A stretch of 62,377 nt of DNA, filler included, from 4 parts of 4 records of this genome joined end to end with filler, not necessarily neighbours in it; one strand, 5' to 3'. Positions 1 to 10,390 are shown, counted from the whole stretch's first letter. The notes: a model not told the origin generated them from the letters alone. Made by a program: numbers and translations.

Positions 1-1080
1 AAAGGCGGTGTACCAGAAGATCTGCTGGGCAACAGCGCCCTGAGCGGGCACGGGACCAGCTTCAGAGAACGTCATACCCGGCGCTTCCGGCGGTGCGTAT
101 TTTTCCAGCCAGTCAACATACTTGGTGGTTGCGTACACAGCAGCCGGTCCATTGGTTGCACCACCGCGGCTTACGCTGGCACCAACAGGGTGGCACTCAT
201 CCACCCGGATGCCCCACTCGTCAACAGGCAGGCCGTTCGGAAGGCCCTTGTCGCCGGCGCCAGCCATGGAGAACCAGGCATCCGTGAAACGCCAGCCTAG
301 TGACGGGTCTTTCTTGCCGTAGTCCATGTGGCCGTAGACACGCTTACCATCAATTTCCTTCACGTGTACGGAGAAGAACTCGGCAATGTCCTCATAAGCG
401 GACCAGTTCACTGGGACGCCCAGCTCATAGCCGTAGATATCCATGAACTGCTTTTTCAGGTCTTCGCGCTCGAACCAGTCAGCGCGGAACCAGTAAAGGT
501 TGGCAAACTGTTGGTCAGGCAATTGGTAGAGCTTGCCATCAGGGCCGGTGGTGAAGTCCAGACCGATAAAATCGTCCAGATCCAGGGTCGGCAGGGTCAG
601 ATCCTTGCCTTCACCGTTCATGATGTCCTCAACAGGCATGACCTTGCCGTAGCGGAAGTGGGTACCGATCAGGTCAGAGTCGTTGACCCAGCCGTCGTAG
701 ATGTTCCGGCCGGACTGCATCTGTGTCTGCAGCTTCTCGATAACATCGCCTTCCTGGATCAGCGTGTGGGTCAGATTGATCCCGGTGATTTCGCTGAATG
801 CCTCAGCGAGTACCTTGGATTCGTATTCGTGAGTGGCAATGGTTTCCGAGACGACGTTGATGTCCATGCCCCGGAACTGCTCGGCAGCCTGGATGAACCA
901 CTCCATCTCCTTCATCTGCTCTTCTTTCGTCAGAGTCGAATTCTTGAATGCCTCATTCACCCACTTCTTGGCGGCATCAGAATACTGATCTGCACTGGCC
1001 TGAAAACTGAGCCCCAATCCCACCGAGCCAATCGCAGCGCTCAGAAGGAGGGTTTTCGGATATTTATTGTTCTTGAACAT
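1..1080 (-). CDS. glpV: Glycerol ABC transporter substrate-binding protein (3' end truncated by the window edge)
   Basis: Not in the ORF track because it runs off the edge. Manual translation from ATG at 1080 (GAGG RBS upstream) gives MFKNNKYPKTLLLSAAIGSVGLGLSFQASADQYSDAAKKW...VNDSDLIGTH...QQIFWYTAF. It has a signal peptide, is colinear with the 13621-15375 protein, and follows glpSTPQU. Confidence 0.88.
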   Translation of the reverse strand, partial: MFKNNKYPKTLLLSAAIGSVGLGLSFQASADQYSDAAKKWVNEAFKNSTLTKEEQMKEMEWFIQAAEQFRGMDINVVSETIATHEYESKVLAEAFSEITGINLTHTLIQEGDVIEKLQTQMQSGRNIYDGWVNDSDLIGTHFRYGKVMPVEDIMNGEGKDLTLPTLDLDDFIGLDFTTGPDGKLYQLPDQQFANLYWFRADWFEREDLKKQFMDIYGYELGVPVNWSAYEDIAEFFSVHVKEIDGKRVYGHMDYGKKDPSLGWRFTDAWFSMAGAGDKGLPNGLPVDEWGIRVDECHPVGASVSRGGATNGPAAVYATTKYVDWLEKYAPPEAPGMTFSEAGPVPAQGAVAQQIFWYTAF

Positions 1081-1339
1081 ATCCAACCTCGTTCGTCTTG
1101 TTTTGGTTTGTTCGAAACGCGACAGCGAGTGTCAGTGCGTTCCGGCTTTCCCTCTATAGCGTTATTGCCGCTATTCCTGGAAACGGAGCCGAATAGGGAT
1201 GTTCGATTCCGATCATTAAGAAGAAAATAGTTCGTTATAGAAATTTTTACAACCGTTTTGAGCGATAAATCATAAGATTTTTTTCGGGCCTCCCTGGCAA
1301 ACGAAAATCAAAAGCGCCTTCCACTGGCACCGTTTCCCA

Positions 1340-1615
1340 TCACCCCCAGCGCAACAGCACCAGGAGCCACGCCACTGACACCACCAACGCTACCCAAAGA
1401 GTAATGTCGCTGACCGCCAGGAACGCAAGATGGATATAGGCCGCCGATAGCAGACCAATGAAAAGACGATCTCCCCGGGTTGTCGAAATCGGCAGAAACC
1501 CTTTTCGCTCCGTGCACGGCGACACCACCTCGTAAACCGTCATCACCAGCAAGATACAGGCAATCACCGCAAAGAAAATCGCAACCGTTGGTGTCCAATT
1601 CATCCATTCAATCAT
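1340..1615 (-). CDS. glpU: Small integral membrane protein (DUF2160/GlpU) of the glycerol ABC system
   Basis: 91 aa hydrophobic protein with WMNWT...ERKGFLPISTTRGDRLFIGLL, located between the permease and SBP genes. Confidence 0.8.
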   Translation of the reverse strand: MIEWMNWTPTVAIFFAVIACILLVMTVYEVVSPCTERKGFLPISTTRGDRLFIGLLSAAYIHLAFLAVSDITLWVALVVSVAWLLVLLRWG

Positions 1616-1626
1616 GAGTTCTCTCC

Positions 1627-2436
1627 TTATACCCGACCCAGTGCGAAGCCTTTGGCGATGTGGTTGCGAACAAACCAGACCACCAGCACGCCGGGAATAA
1701 TAGTGAGCACACCGGCAGCCGCCAGCACACCCCAGTCAATGCCGCTTGCCCCGACCGTTCGGGTCATGATTGCGCCAATGGGCTGCGCATCCACGGAGGT
1801 CAATGTTCGGGCGAGCAACAATTCCACCCAGGAGAACATGAACGCAAAGAACGCGGCGACGCCAATGCCCGACCGAATCATCGGCAGGAAGATCTTCACG
1901 AAGAACTTGGGGAAGCTGTAGCCATCAATATAGGCCATCTCATCGTACTCGCGCGGCACACCCGACATGAAACCTTCGAGAATCCAGACCGCCAGCGGCA
2001 CATTGAACAGACAGTGAGCAAGCGCCACCGCAATGTGGGTATCAAACAACCCTACTGACGAATAGAGCTGGAAGAACGGCAGTAGAAAAACAGCCGGCGG
2101 TGCCATGCGGTTACTCAGCAGCCAGAAAAACAGGTGCTTGTCTCCCACGAACTTGTATCGGCTGAACGCGTAGGCGGCCGGCAAGGCCACCAGCAGTGTG
2201 ATGGTCATGTTCATGGACACGTAGATCATCGAGTTGATGTAACCCGAGTACCAACTTGAATCCGAGAAAATCACAGCGTAGTTGGCCAGAGTGAAATTCT
2301 GCGGCCACAACGTCAGGCCACCGAGAATTTCCTGGTTGGTCTTGAACGACATGTTCAGGAGCCAGTAGATCGGAGTCAGCAGGAGCACGATAAACAGTGT
2401 CATCCCCAACCCCTTGGAACGTGAATAGTTCATCAC
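1627..2436 (-). CDS. glpQ: Carbohydrate (glycerol) ABC transporter permease (GlpQ in rhizobial nomenclature)
   Basis: Multi-TM protein with EAA-like loop VPREYDEMAYIDG and C-terminal KGFALGRV. Confidence 0.85.
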   Translation of the reverse strand: MMNYSRSKGLGMTLFIVLLLTPIYWLLNMSFKTNQEILGGLTLWPQNFTLANYAVIFSDSSWYSGYINSMIYVSMNMTITLLVALPAAYAFSRYKFVGDKHLFFWLLSNRMAPPAVFLLPFFQLYSSVGLFDTHIAVALAHCLFNVPLAVWILEGFMSGVPREYDEMAYIDGYSFPKFFVKIFLPMIRSGIGVAAFFAFMFSWVELLLARTLTSVDAQPIGAIMTRTVGASGIDWGVLAAAGVLTIIPGVLVVWFVRNHIAKGFALGRV

Positions 2437-2443
2437 TCTCTCC

Positions 2444-3310
2444 TTATTTTTCTTTGTCGAGGTGAGTTATGGCGGTAAAGAACACCCAGGACACCAGCAG
2501 CACGATCAGGAAGTAGATCAGTGAGAACGCTGCCGCACGGCCGATGTCAAACTGGCCGATGGCCATGGTGGTGAGTGTCTGGCTCAGGAACGTTGTTGAG
2601 CTGCCTGGCCCGCCACCGGTGAGAACAAAAGGCTCGGTATAGATCATGAAGCTGTCCATAAACCGCAGCAGAACCGCGATCACCAGCACACTTTTCAGGC
2701 GCGGCAACTGGATGTAGCGGAATACGGCCCACTTTGAGGCACGGTCAATCTCGGCAGCCTGATAAAAAGCTTCGGGAATGGCACGCAAGCCGGAGTAGCA
2801 CAGCAGAGCGACCAGCGGTGTCCAGTGCCATACGTCCATCAGCAATACCGTCAGCCAGGCATCCACGGTGTCGCCGGTGTAGTTGTAGTCCAGCCCCAAC
2901 GCATTCAGGCCCCAGCCGAACAAACCGATGTCACCACGGCCGAAGATCTGCCAGATAGTTCCGACCACGTTCCAGGGAATCAGCAACGGAATGGCCAGAA
3001 GAATCAGGCAAAGAGAGGCCTTGATGCCGGATTTGGGCATCATCAGCGCAACCCCGATTCCAAGGGGAATCTGGATGGCCAGCACAGCGCCTGAAAACAG
3101 GAACTGCCTGAGCAAGGATTCTCTCAGACGCTCATCCGCGAGCACTTCCCGGAACCATTCGGTGCCGACGTAGTAGGCGTTACCCGGGCCAAAGATATCC
3201 TGGACCGAGTAATTCACAACGGTCATCAGCGGTATCAATGCTGAGAACGCCACAAGTATGAAAACTGGCAGTACGAGCCACCAGGCACGGTTATTGGGAA
3301 CCTTGTTCAT
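2444..3310 (-). CDS. glpP: Carbohydrate (glycerol) ABC transporter permease
   Basis: Start MNKVPNNRAW at 3310 overlaps the upstream stop (ATGA). Contains DVWHWTP and EAA loop FYQAAEIDRAS. Confidence 0.85.
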   Translation of the reverse strand: MNKVPNNRAWWLVLPVFILVAFSALIPLMTVVNYSVQDIFGPGNAYYVGTEWFREVLADERLRESLLRQFLFSGAVLAIQIPLGIGVALMMPKSGIKASLCLILLAIPLLIPWNVVGTIWQIFGRGDIGLFGWGLNALGLDYNYTGDTVDAWLTVLLMDVWHWTPLVALLCYSGLRAIPEAFYQAAEIDRASKWAVFRYIQLPRLKSVLVIAVLLRFMDSFMIYTEPFVLTGGGPGSSTTFLSQTLTTMAIGQFDIGRAAAFSLIYFLIVLLVSWVFFTAITHLDKEK

Positions 3311-4410
3311 TGGTCCTTCTCCTCTACCAGAAACTCGTCCACATACAGCTTCAGCCACTTTTCCGGGAAGCTGAGCTGTACCTGACCGCCCACAGCAAAA
3401 TGCTGGTCTTCCGTCAGCCGGACCTTCAACGTTTCGAAATCGAGCTTGACCGTCATGACCTTGTAGGTGCCCAGGTCCTCGACATCCAACACCTCGGCTT
3501 CAAACGTATCGTCCGCTGGCATATCGGAGGCCTGGATGAACTCCGGGCGGATACCGATCTTGAGGTTGTTGGACTGCAGGCGCTGCAACAACTCGACGTG
3601 ATGAGCACTCAGCGGAACAACCGTGCTGCCGAAGCAGACACCGCGGGGGCAACGCTGAACCTCAATCAGGTTCATCCCCGGACTGCCGATGAAATACCCC
3701 ACAAACGTGTGATTGGGCTGTTCGAACAGTTCCGTTGGCGTGCCAAACTGAACGATCTGACCGCCATACATCACCGCGATCTTGTCAGCGAAGGTGGACG
3801 CCTCAAGCTGGTCATGGGTGACGTACACCATGGTGATGTCGAACTGCTCGTGAATCTGCTTGAGCTTGCGACGTAATTTCCACTTGAGCTGGGGGTCGAT
3901 TACCGTCAGCGGCTCATCGAACAGGATGGCGGATACATCACCCCGAACCAGGCCACGCCCCATGGACACTTTCTGCTTCTGGTCTGCGGACAGGTTCTTG
4001 GCCTTCTTCTGGAGCTCGTTTTCGATCTCCAGAATCTCGGCGATCTCATGCACCTTGGCCTTGATCTGGGACGAAGGCACGCCGGTGTTCTTGAGCGGGA
4101 ACGCCAGGTTCTGGTACACCGTCATCGAGTCATAGATCACGGGGAACTGGAAAACCTGGGCAATGTTCCGATCCCGTGGAGACAGTTCGTTGACCCGTTT
4201 GCCATCGAACAGAACATCGCCCTCGGAGGGCTGGAGCAGGCCGGAAATGATGTTCAGCATCGTACTCTTGCCGCAGCCGGAGGGGCCGAGCAAAGCGTAG
4301 GCTCCCCCCTTCTCCCAGACATGATCCAGTTGGCGGATCGCATAATCATCGGGCCCGGTCGGGGTGTCGCTGTAACTGTGAGCCAGGGACTTCAAATGAA
4401 TTTCAGCCAT
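3307..4410 (-). CDS. glpT: ABC transporter ATP-binding protein (glycerol), second subunit
   Basis: Walker A GPSGCGKS, Walker B ILFDEP, degenerate signature LSADQKQ, C-terminal TOBE-like extension. Confidence 0.85.
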   Translation of the reverse strand: MAEIHLKSLAHSYSDTPTGPDDYAIRQLDHVWEKGGAYALLGPSGCGKSTMLNIISGLLQPSEGDVLFDGKRVNELSPRDRNIAQVFQFPVIYDSMTVYQNLAFPLKNTGVPSSQIKAKVHEIAEILEIENELQKKAKNLSADQKQKVSMGRGLVRGDVSAILFDEPLTVIDPQLKWKLRRKLKQIHEQFDITMVYVTHDQLEASTFADKIAVMYGGQIVQFGTPTELFEQPNHTFVGYFIGSPGMNLIEVQRCPRGVCFGSTVVPLSAHHVELLQRLQSNNLKIGIRPEFIQASDMPADDTFEAEVLDVEDLGTYKVMTVKLDFETLKVRLTEDQHFAVGGQVQLSFPEKWLKLYVDEFLVEEKDQ

Positions 4411-5504
4411 CAGACCGACCCTCCTGTAACCTGTACCGGGGTAAGCACCAGGCTTTCGTCTTTATCGAACACGAACAGCTTGTTGATGGGCAGGTAGATC
4501 TTGATGGGCGAACCGGTGTGGTACTGGTGCACACCCATCAACTGCATCACCATCTCGAAATAGCGATTCCGCACGTGCATGAAGGTTTCGGAGCCACTGA
4601 TTTCACTGAGCTCTACCTCCATGGACATCTCGAGATCATCCTCGTTGTTGGGGACCAGTCCGATGTGGCTCGGGCGGATACCAAACCAGTAGTCGCCGGG
4701 TTCAAGCTGCGCGAGCTCCTGGGTCAACGCATGATGGGAGTATTCGTCGAAGGTCACTTCCGTGTCGGTCACCCGGCCCTTAATCATGTTCATGGGCGGC
4801 TCACTGAACAGCTGCGCTGCCAGGGTGTTCACCGGGTTGCGATAGACGTCCATCACCGGGCCGGTCTGCACGATCCGCCCCTCGTTCAGGAGTGTGGTGA
4901 CACCGCCCAATGCCAACGCCTCGTTGGCTTCGGTGGTGGCATAAACAGCAATGCACTGGCGTTCGCGAAACAGTTCCCGCAACTCAGCGCGCAACTCTTC
5001 ACGCAGCTTGTAGTCGAGGTTCACCAGGGGTTCGTCGAACAGGATCAGGGTCGCATCCTTGACCAGTGCCCGTGCCATCGCGGTGCGCTGCTGCTGCCCC
5101 CCGGATAGCTCCAGCGGATACCGCTTGAGCAAGGGGTCAATCTGCAACATGTTCGCGGTTTCCTTAACCCGACGATCGATCTCGCTCTCCTTCATCTTGG
5201 CCAGACGCAGGGGCGAGGCAATGTTTTCGTAAACCGTGAGGTTGGGATAGTTGATGAACTGCTGGTAAATCATGGAGACATTGCGTTGCTGAACGCTTTG
5301 CCCGGTCACATCGTTGCCGTTGTAGATGAGGCGTCCTTCGTCAGGCTTGTCCAGCCCGGCCATCAGCCGCATCAACGAGGTTTTACCCGCCAATGTGCGC
5401 CCGAGCAGAACGTTGAACGAACCTGCCTCAAACGTGATGTTCGCGTCCCGGATGTAATCGACTCCATCCACGACACGGGAGAGGTTCTCCAGTGTTAAGG
5501 ACAT
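4410..5504 (-). CDS. glpS: ABC transporter ATP-binding protein (glycerol), first subunit
   Basis: Start MSLTLENL at 5504 after AAAGGAAA. Walker A GRTLAGKT, signature LSGGQQQR, Walker B LILFDEP. Confidence 0.85.
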   Translation of the reverse strand: MSLTLENLSRVVDGVDYIRDANITFEAGSFNVLLGRTLAGKTSLMRLMAGLDKPDEGRLIYNGNDVTGQSVQQRNVSMIYQQFINYPNLTVYENIASPLRLAKMKESEIDRRVKETANMLQIDPLLKRYPLELSGGQQQRTAMARALVKDATLILFDEPLVNLDYKLREELRAELRELFRERQCIAVYATTEANEALALGGVTTLLNEGRIVQTGPVMDVYRNPVNTLAAQLFSEPPMNMIKGRVTDTEVTFDEYSHHALTQELAQLEPGDYWFGIRPSHIGLVPNNEDDLEMSMEVELSEISGSETFMHVRNRYFEMVMQLMGVHQYHTGSPIKIYLPINKLFVFDKDESLVLTPVQVTGGSV

Positions 5505-5564
5505 AGGCTTTCCTTTGTTGTTCTTGTGGCACGTTATTCGCCGACCCACACAGGCCCGGCGAGA

Positions 5565-5578
5565 ATTCGATTTCGAAT
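5565..5578. promoter_or_regulatory. Putative GlpR operator ATTCGA-TT-TCGAAT
   Basis: Perfect palindrome with the TTCG-N4-CGAA core of GlpR operators, between the sigma-54 promoter and the glpS start. Confidence 0.55.
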
Positions 5579-5586
5579 ACATTAAG

Positions 5587-5601
5587 GCAATGAGCATACC
5601 A
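5587..5601 (-). promoter_or_regulatory. Sigma-54 (-24/-12) promoter of glpSTPQUV
   Basis: Minus strand TGGTATGCTCATTGC = GG-N10-GC, about 83 bp upstream of glpS and next to a divergent GAFTGA-containing activator gene. Confidence 0.7.
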
Positions 5602-5707
5602 ATGTAGGTGTAAACCACGAGCAAATACGTATGTCATTGTTTTTAAACACTTAAATTTTCCATGGAATTTCTTTATTGAAAATGCAAATGTTCGTTATCA
5701 AACTTTT

Positions 5708-5722
5708 TGTTCAGTTTGAACA
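5708..5722. promoter_or_regulatory. Putative upstream activator sequence TGTTCA-GTT-TGAACA
   Basis: Perfect inverted repeat about 110 bp upstream of the -24 box. Further TGAACA copies lie at about 5729 and 5752. Confidence 0.45.
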
Positions 5723-5843
5723 TTGACCTGAACAGCTGATGAGCACATTATTGAACAATCATGCGAACAGATTCGCGACATCGGCCCACCCTAGAAGGCG
5801 GCCATAAAAACAAAACGAAACTTCAGGAACGCGGAGGATTCGC

Positions 5844-7742
5844 GTGAAAAGACAACAAGAGAGGGCGGAATACCGATCCATCATTGCGGATTCGTGGAAC
5901 CGCTGTATTGGTTACGGGCTGCACCATGACTATGAGCCCGAACCGGCAAACCTCGATGATCGCGCCCGGGAAACGCTGGAAAAGGACTACGACGCGTTAT
6001 TGAGCACCACAGAGACAGAAGTCCTCCCCTACTACAACAACATCATGTCAAACAGCCGCTGCCTGATCCTGCTGGCTGACTCTCACGCCCAGGTCTTGAA
6101 AGGCTGGGGAGATCGGCGCATTACCGAAAGCCACCTGCGCCCCTGGTTCAGCCCAGGCGCCAGCTGGCACGAGCGCTACGCGGGCACCAATGCCATCGGC
6201 ACGTCGATCGCCACCCGCTCCCCTGTTCAAGTACAGCGAAACGAACATTTCCTCAAACTCAACCGAAGCATCATCAGTTCCGCAGCGCCAATATTCGATA
6301 CCGACCGAACCCTGGTGGGCGTTCTCAGTGCCTTCAGCGACGCCTACCTACCCCAGGCCCATACCCTGGGCATGGTTCGCCTGCTCTCGCAATCGGTTGA
6401 AAACCGGCTGATTGTGAGACAACTGGGGGGCGATCACTTTATCCTCACCCTCAACACAACGGCGGACAACATAGACAGCCCCTGGTCTGGACTGATTGCC
6501 TTTGACGCTAGTGGCCGGATTGTTGCGTCCAATCAAAGGGCCGACCAACTGCTCGGCGAGCCTTTGTCGGGACGCAACCTGAGCTCACTGTTCATCGAAA
6601 ACCGAAACCTGATCCTCAATCACTCCCATAACACCCCCATCCAGCTCACAACCACCAAACGGGTACGGCTGTCGGGGCTGCTGAAACGACCTGTGTCGCT
6701 CGACTCGCCCACCTCGAAGCCCGCGCGTTCAATACCCCGCACCAAATCTTCCGGACCCGTCGCGGCCGGCGTTTCCCTGGACGATATCGAACATGGGGAT
6801 CCCCTGGTTCGGCGCTGTGCCGACCAGGCAGGAAAGGTTCTGGAGAGAGGCGTTCCGATACTGATTTGTGGTGAAACAGGCGTGGGCAAGGAAGTGATGG
6901 TCAAAGCCCTGCACGGCAACAGCCAGCGGTGCACTCACCCTCTGGTCTCTGTTAACTGCGCGGCCATTCCACCGGAGCTTGTCGAATCCGAGTTGTTTGG
7001 TTACGAGGCCGGCGCCTTTACCGGCGCCCGGGCCCAGGGATCCCTGGGCCTGATACGCAAGGCCGACAAGGGCATTCTGTTTCTGGACGAAATCGGCGAA
7101 ATGCCACTGGCCGCCCAGTCCCGGCTTCTGCGCGTACTGCAGGAACGGGAAGTCACGCCGGTGGGCTCCACCGAACGTATTCCCGTGGACATCCTGCTGG
7201 TCTCGGCCACCAACCGCCCGCTCGCCGATCGAATCGACAATGGTGAGTTCAGAGCGGACCTTTACTACCGGATCAACGGCCTGAGCCTCGAGCTTCCGCC
7301 ACTGAGGGCGCGAATGGACCGGCGCGAGCTGATTCGCAGGATCTATCTGGAGCATCGTGACAGCGGCCAACCGGATACGCTGAATCCGGAGGTGATGGCG
7401 GCACTAGAAAACCACCCCTGGCCCGGCAACATCCGCCAATTGGTGAACATCGTCCGCGTCGCCGTGGCTATAGCCGACGGCGACGACGTGCAACTCTGGC
7501 ATCTTCCGGAGGATTTCCTGGCGGATTATGGGGGGGCAACGAAGCCCGAGCGCAAACCGGTATTCGATGCGTCGTCCTACAGTGAATCGCCCCAGGCCAA
7601 CGACAACTCCCGGAATGACGCCATGGATCAGACACTGGTGGTCTATCGGCAGTGCATGGGCAATGTATCCCGTGCGGCGAGGGAGTTGGCTGTCAGCCGA
7701 AACACCCTGTACAAACGACTTCGGGACCTGGGCGTCAGATAG
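5844..7742 (+). CDS. Sigma-54-dependent activator, AcoR/DhaR-like (GAF-PAS-AAA+-Fis HTH)
   Basis: GAF motif WHERYAGTNAIGT, Walker A GETGVGKE, ELFGYEAGAFTGA, LFLDEIGEMP, WPGNIRQL, and HTH NVSRAARELAVSRNTLYKRL. Confidence 0.9.
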   Translation: MKRQQERAEYRSIIADSWNRCIGYGLHHDYEPEPANLDDRARETLEKDYDALLSTTETEVLPYYNNIMSNSRCLILLADSHAQVLKGWGDRRITESHLRPWFSPGASWHERYAGTNAIGTSIATRSPVQVQRNEHFLKLNRSIISSAAPIFDTDRTLVGVLSAFSDAYLPQAHTLGMVRLLSQSVENRLIVRQLGGDHFILTLNTTADNIDSPWSGLIAFDASGRIVASNQRADQLLGEPLSGRNLSSLFIENRNLILNHSHNTPIQLTTTKRVRLSGLLKRPVSLDSPTSKPARSIPRTKSSGPVAAGVSLDDIEHGDPLVRRCADQAGKVLERGVPILICGETGVGKEVMVKALHGNSQRCTHPLVSVNCAAIPPELVESELFGYEAGAFTGARAQGSLGLIRKADKGILFLDEIGEMPLAAQSRLLRVLQEREVTPVGSTERIPVDILLVSATNRPLADRIDNGEFRADLYYRINGLSLELPPLRARMDRRELIRRIYLEHRDSGQPDTLNPEVMAALENHPWPGNIRQLVNIVRVAVAIADGDDVQLWHLPEDFLADYGGATKPERKPVFDASSYSESPQANDNSRNDAMDQTLVVYRQCMGNVSRAARELAVSRNTLYKRLRDLGVR

Positions 7743-9215
7743 TTACAGCTTGCGGATGGCCTTGAGCCAGCCGTCGTATAGCTTGTCACGCTGGGCTTTG
7801 GTCATCGTCGCCTCGAAGCTGCGATCGCATCGCCACATATTGCTCAGATCCTCCAGACTTTTGTAGACGCCCGCCTGCAAACCGGCCAGATAGGCAGCAC
7901 CCAACGCCGTGGTCTCAACCAGTGCGGGCCGGTCGACACGCGCGCCAAGGATATCCGCCAGAAACTGAAGTACCCAGTTGTTGGCCACCATGCCACCGTC
8001 GACACGCAGGGTAATGGGCCGGATGCCATCCTTTTCCATCGCCTTCTGCAGATCCTTGGTCTGATAGCACACGGATTGCAGGCCAGCGGTCACGATTTCC
8101 TTGATACCGGTATCGCGGGTCAGCCCGAAGATCGCTCCGCGGGCATTTGGGTCCCAGTAAGGGGCGCCCAAACCGGTAAACGCCGGTACCAGATAGACAC
8201 CATGATCCACTGGAGTGCCCTCCGCCAGAGGCTCTGTCTCGCAGGCATCCCGAATAAGCTGCAACCCGTCACGCAGCCACTGAATAGCTGCGCCGGCGAT
8301 AAAGATGCTCCCCTCCAACGCGTATGCCGGCTTGCCGTTGAGACGATAGGCCACCGTGGTAAGCAGACGATGCTCTGACGTCAGGGCCTTGTCTCCCGTG
8401 TTGAGCATCAGGAAACAGCCGGTTCCGTAGGTGCTCTTCGCCATTCCGGTTTCAAAGCACGTCTGGCCGAACAAGGCCGCCTGCTGGTCCCCTGCCATGC
8501 CCATGACAGAGGTACCACCCAGCCGCCCGTTACCAACGATCTGACCAAAGTCCGCCGCCGAATCCATCACCTGCGGCAACAGCGACGCGGGAATGCCGAA
8601 CAGGTCCAGCAACTCCTGGTCCCACTCCTGATCATGAATATTGAACAGCAGGGTGCGACTGGCGTTGGTCGCATCGGTCCTGTGCTCCCTGCCGCCTGTC
8701 AGCCGCCAGAGAAGGAAACTGTCGATCGTGCCAAACGCCAGTTCGCCGCGTTCCGCCCGTTGCAGGGCACCTGGCACGTTGTCCAGCACCCAACGAATTT
8801 TCGTCGCCGAAAAGTAGGGATCAATCAACAGCCCCGTTTTATTGTTTACCGAGGGCTCGAGGCTCTGCGTCTTGAGCGATTCACACCAGTCTGCGGTTCT
8901 TCGGTCCTGCCAGACGATTGCCGGATAAACGGCTTCACCGGTCGCACGGTCCCACAACACCGTGGTTTCACGCTGGTTCGTTATGCCAACGGCGACGACC
9001 TCGTCGTTGTCGCCACACCCCTTGGCCATGACGTCTTCGCAGGTTTCCTGAACGGTACGCCAGATGTCTTCCGGATCATGCTCGACCCAACCGCTGGCGG
9101 GAAAGTGCTGGGGGAACTCCTGCTGGCTCGTTGCGTGTATATTGCCGTCCAGAGTGAACAGGATGGCACGGGAACTGGTTGTCCCCTGGTCGATCGACAG
9201 TAGGTACTGAGTCAT
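7743..9215 (-). CDS. glpK: Glycerol kinase
   Basis: [59 protein letters not shown]. Confidence 0.97.
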   Translation of the reverse strand: MTQYLLSIDQGTTSSRAILFTLDGNIHATSQQEFPQHFPASGWVEHDPEDIWRTVQETCEDVMAKGCGDNDEVVAVGITNQRETTVLWDRATGEAVYPAIVWQDRRTADWCESLKTQSLEPSVNNKTGLLIDPYFSATKIRWVLDNVPGALQRAERGELAFGTIDSFLLWRLTGGREHRTDATNASRTLLFNIHDQEWDQELLDLFGIPASLLPQVMDSAADFGQIVGNGRLGGTSVMGMAGDQQAALFGQTCFETGMAKSTYGTGCFLMLNTGDKALTSEHRLLTTVAYRLNGKPAYALEGSIFIAGAAIQWLRDGLQLIRDACETEPLAEGTPVDHGVYLVPAFTGLGAPYWDPNARGAIFGLTRDTGIKEIVTAGLQSVCYQTKDLQKAMEKDGIRPITLRVDGGMVANNWVLQFLADILGARVDRPALVETTALGAAYLAGLQAGVYKSLEDLSNMWRCDRSFEATMTKAQRDKLYDGWLKAIRKL

Positions 9216-9432
9216 ATTGGTTTGCCTCTGGGGTGTTCTTATTTTTTCGTATTTTTACCTTTTTGAAAACAAAAGCCAACCCTTTTTGCGGGCGAAAACC
9301 CGCCCACTCTTCTCAAGCCTCACACAACCCCCTAAAAATGCTGCACAAAGGCACAAAACACTCTAAACTGAGGCCAGGTTTGAAATCGCTATTTCGTTCG
9401 TTACAGAAAAATCGTGGACCGGAGGAAGTTGA

Positions 9433-10191
9433 ATGGCACAACGACGCCGACAGGACCTGATCATGGAGCTCATCCAGCAGAACGGTTTCGTGACGACCGA
9501 GCAACTGGTTGATCAGTTCAAGGTAACGCCGCAAACCATCCGCCGGGATTTAAACGATTTGGCAAGCCAGAAGAAACTGCGCCGACATCACGGTGGTGCT
9601 GGCATCGACTCCAGCACGGTGAACACGGCCTACCAGGCCCGTAAAATCATGGACCTGGAAGCGAAAGAGCGCATTGCCGAAGCGCTTGTGGACATGATTC
9701 CCGATAACTCCTCCATGTTTATCAACATCGGTACCACGACGGAAACCATCGCCAAGGCCCTGCTTGAGAAGAACAACCTCCAGGTGGTCACCAACAACCT
9801 TCACGTCGCATCCATTCTTTCCGCCAAGGAAGACTTCCACATCATTATTGCGGGTGGTGAGGTGCGTAACCGCGACGGTGGCATCGTAGGTGAAGCCACC
9901 CGGGACTTTATCAACCAGTTCAAGATGGATTTCGGCATTATCGGTATCAGCGGTATCCACAGTGATGGTTCGCTTCTGGACTTTGATTACCGGGAAGTCC
10001 GGGTTGCCCAATCCATCATTGAGAACTCCGGCCAGGTATTGCTGGCTGCGGACCATTCCAAGTTCGGCCGCAATGCCATGGTACGCCTTGGCAGTATTGC
10101 CCAGGCCGATCATGTGTTTACCGACGAGCAACCTCCCGTCGAAATCCGCCAGCTCCTGCGCGAGCACAACGTGGAACTCCACCTGGTCTGA
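9433..10191 (+). CDS. glpR: Glycerol-3-phosphate regulon repressor (DeoR family)
   Basis: N-terminal HTH VTPQTIRRDL...RRHHGGA, INIGTTTE, LLDFDYREV, DHSKFGR. Confidence 0.95.
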   Translation: MAQRRRQDLIMELIQQNGFVTTEQLVDQFKVTPQTIRRDLNDLASQKKLRRHHGGAGIDSSTVNTAYQARKIMDLEAKERIAEALVDMIPDNSSMFINIGTTTETIAKALLEKNNLQVVTNNLHVASILSAKEDFHIIIAGGEVRNRDGGIVGEATRDFINQFKMDFGIIGISGIHSDGSLLDFDYREVRVAQSIIENSGQVLLAADHSKFGRNAMVRLGSIAQADHVFTDEQPPVEIRQLLREHNVELHLV

Positions 10192-10390
10192 CCCTCCCAT
10201 CGAAATAACCACCACCCCGTCATAACCTGACAGTGTGACGTCTCCATCATCCGCCCATCTTTTTTCGTTTTTTTTCTGTATTTTCCTTTACGAATATATT
10301 TTGCTTTCGCATAATATGTGTATACGTTTCTGTGAAAATCGGAAAGAGCGCCGGAAGCGACCTTTCATTGGCGTCAGGAGATGACACAAG

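Noticed and set aside
328-1230. 300-aa plus-strand ORF
   Set aside because: Antisense shadow of glpV (1-1080, minus), which has clear family motifs, an RBS and a signal peptide.
5527-5541. Plus-strand GG-N10-GC match TGGCACGTTATTCGC
   Set aside because: It points away from glpS, lies in the glpS leader about 300 bp from the activator start, and has a weak -12 (TCGC). The minus-strand site at 5587-5601 fits better.
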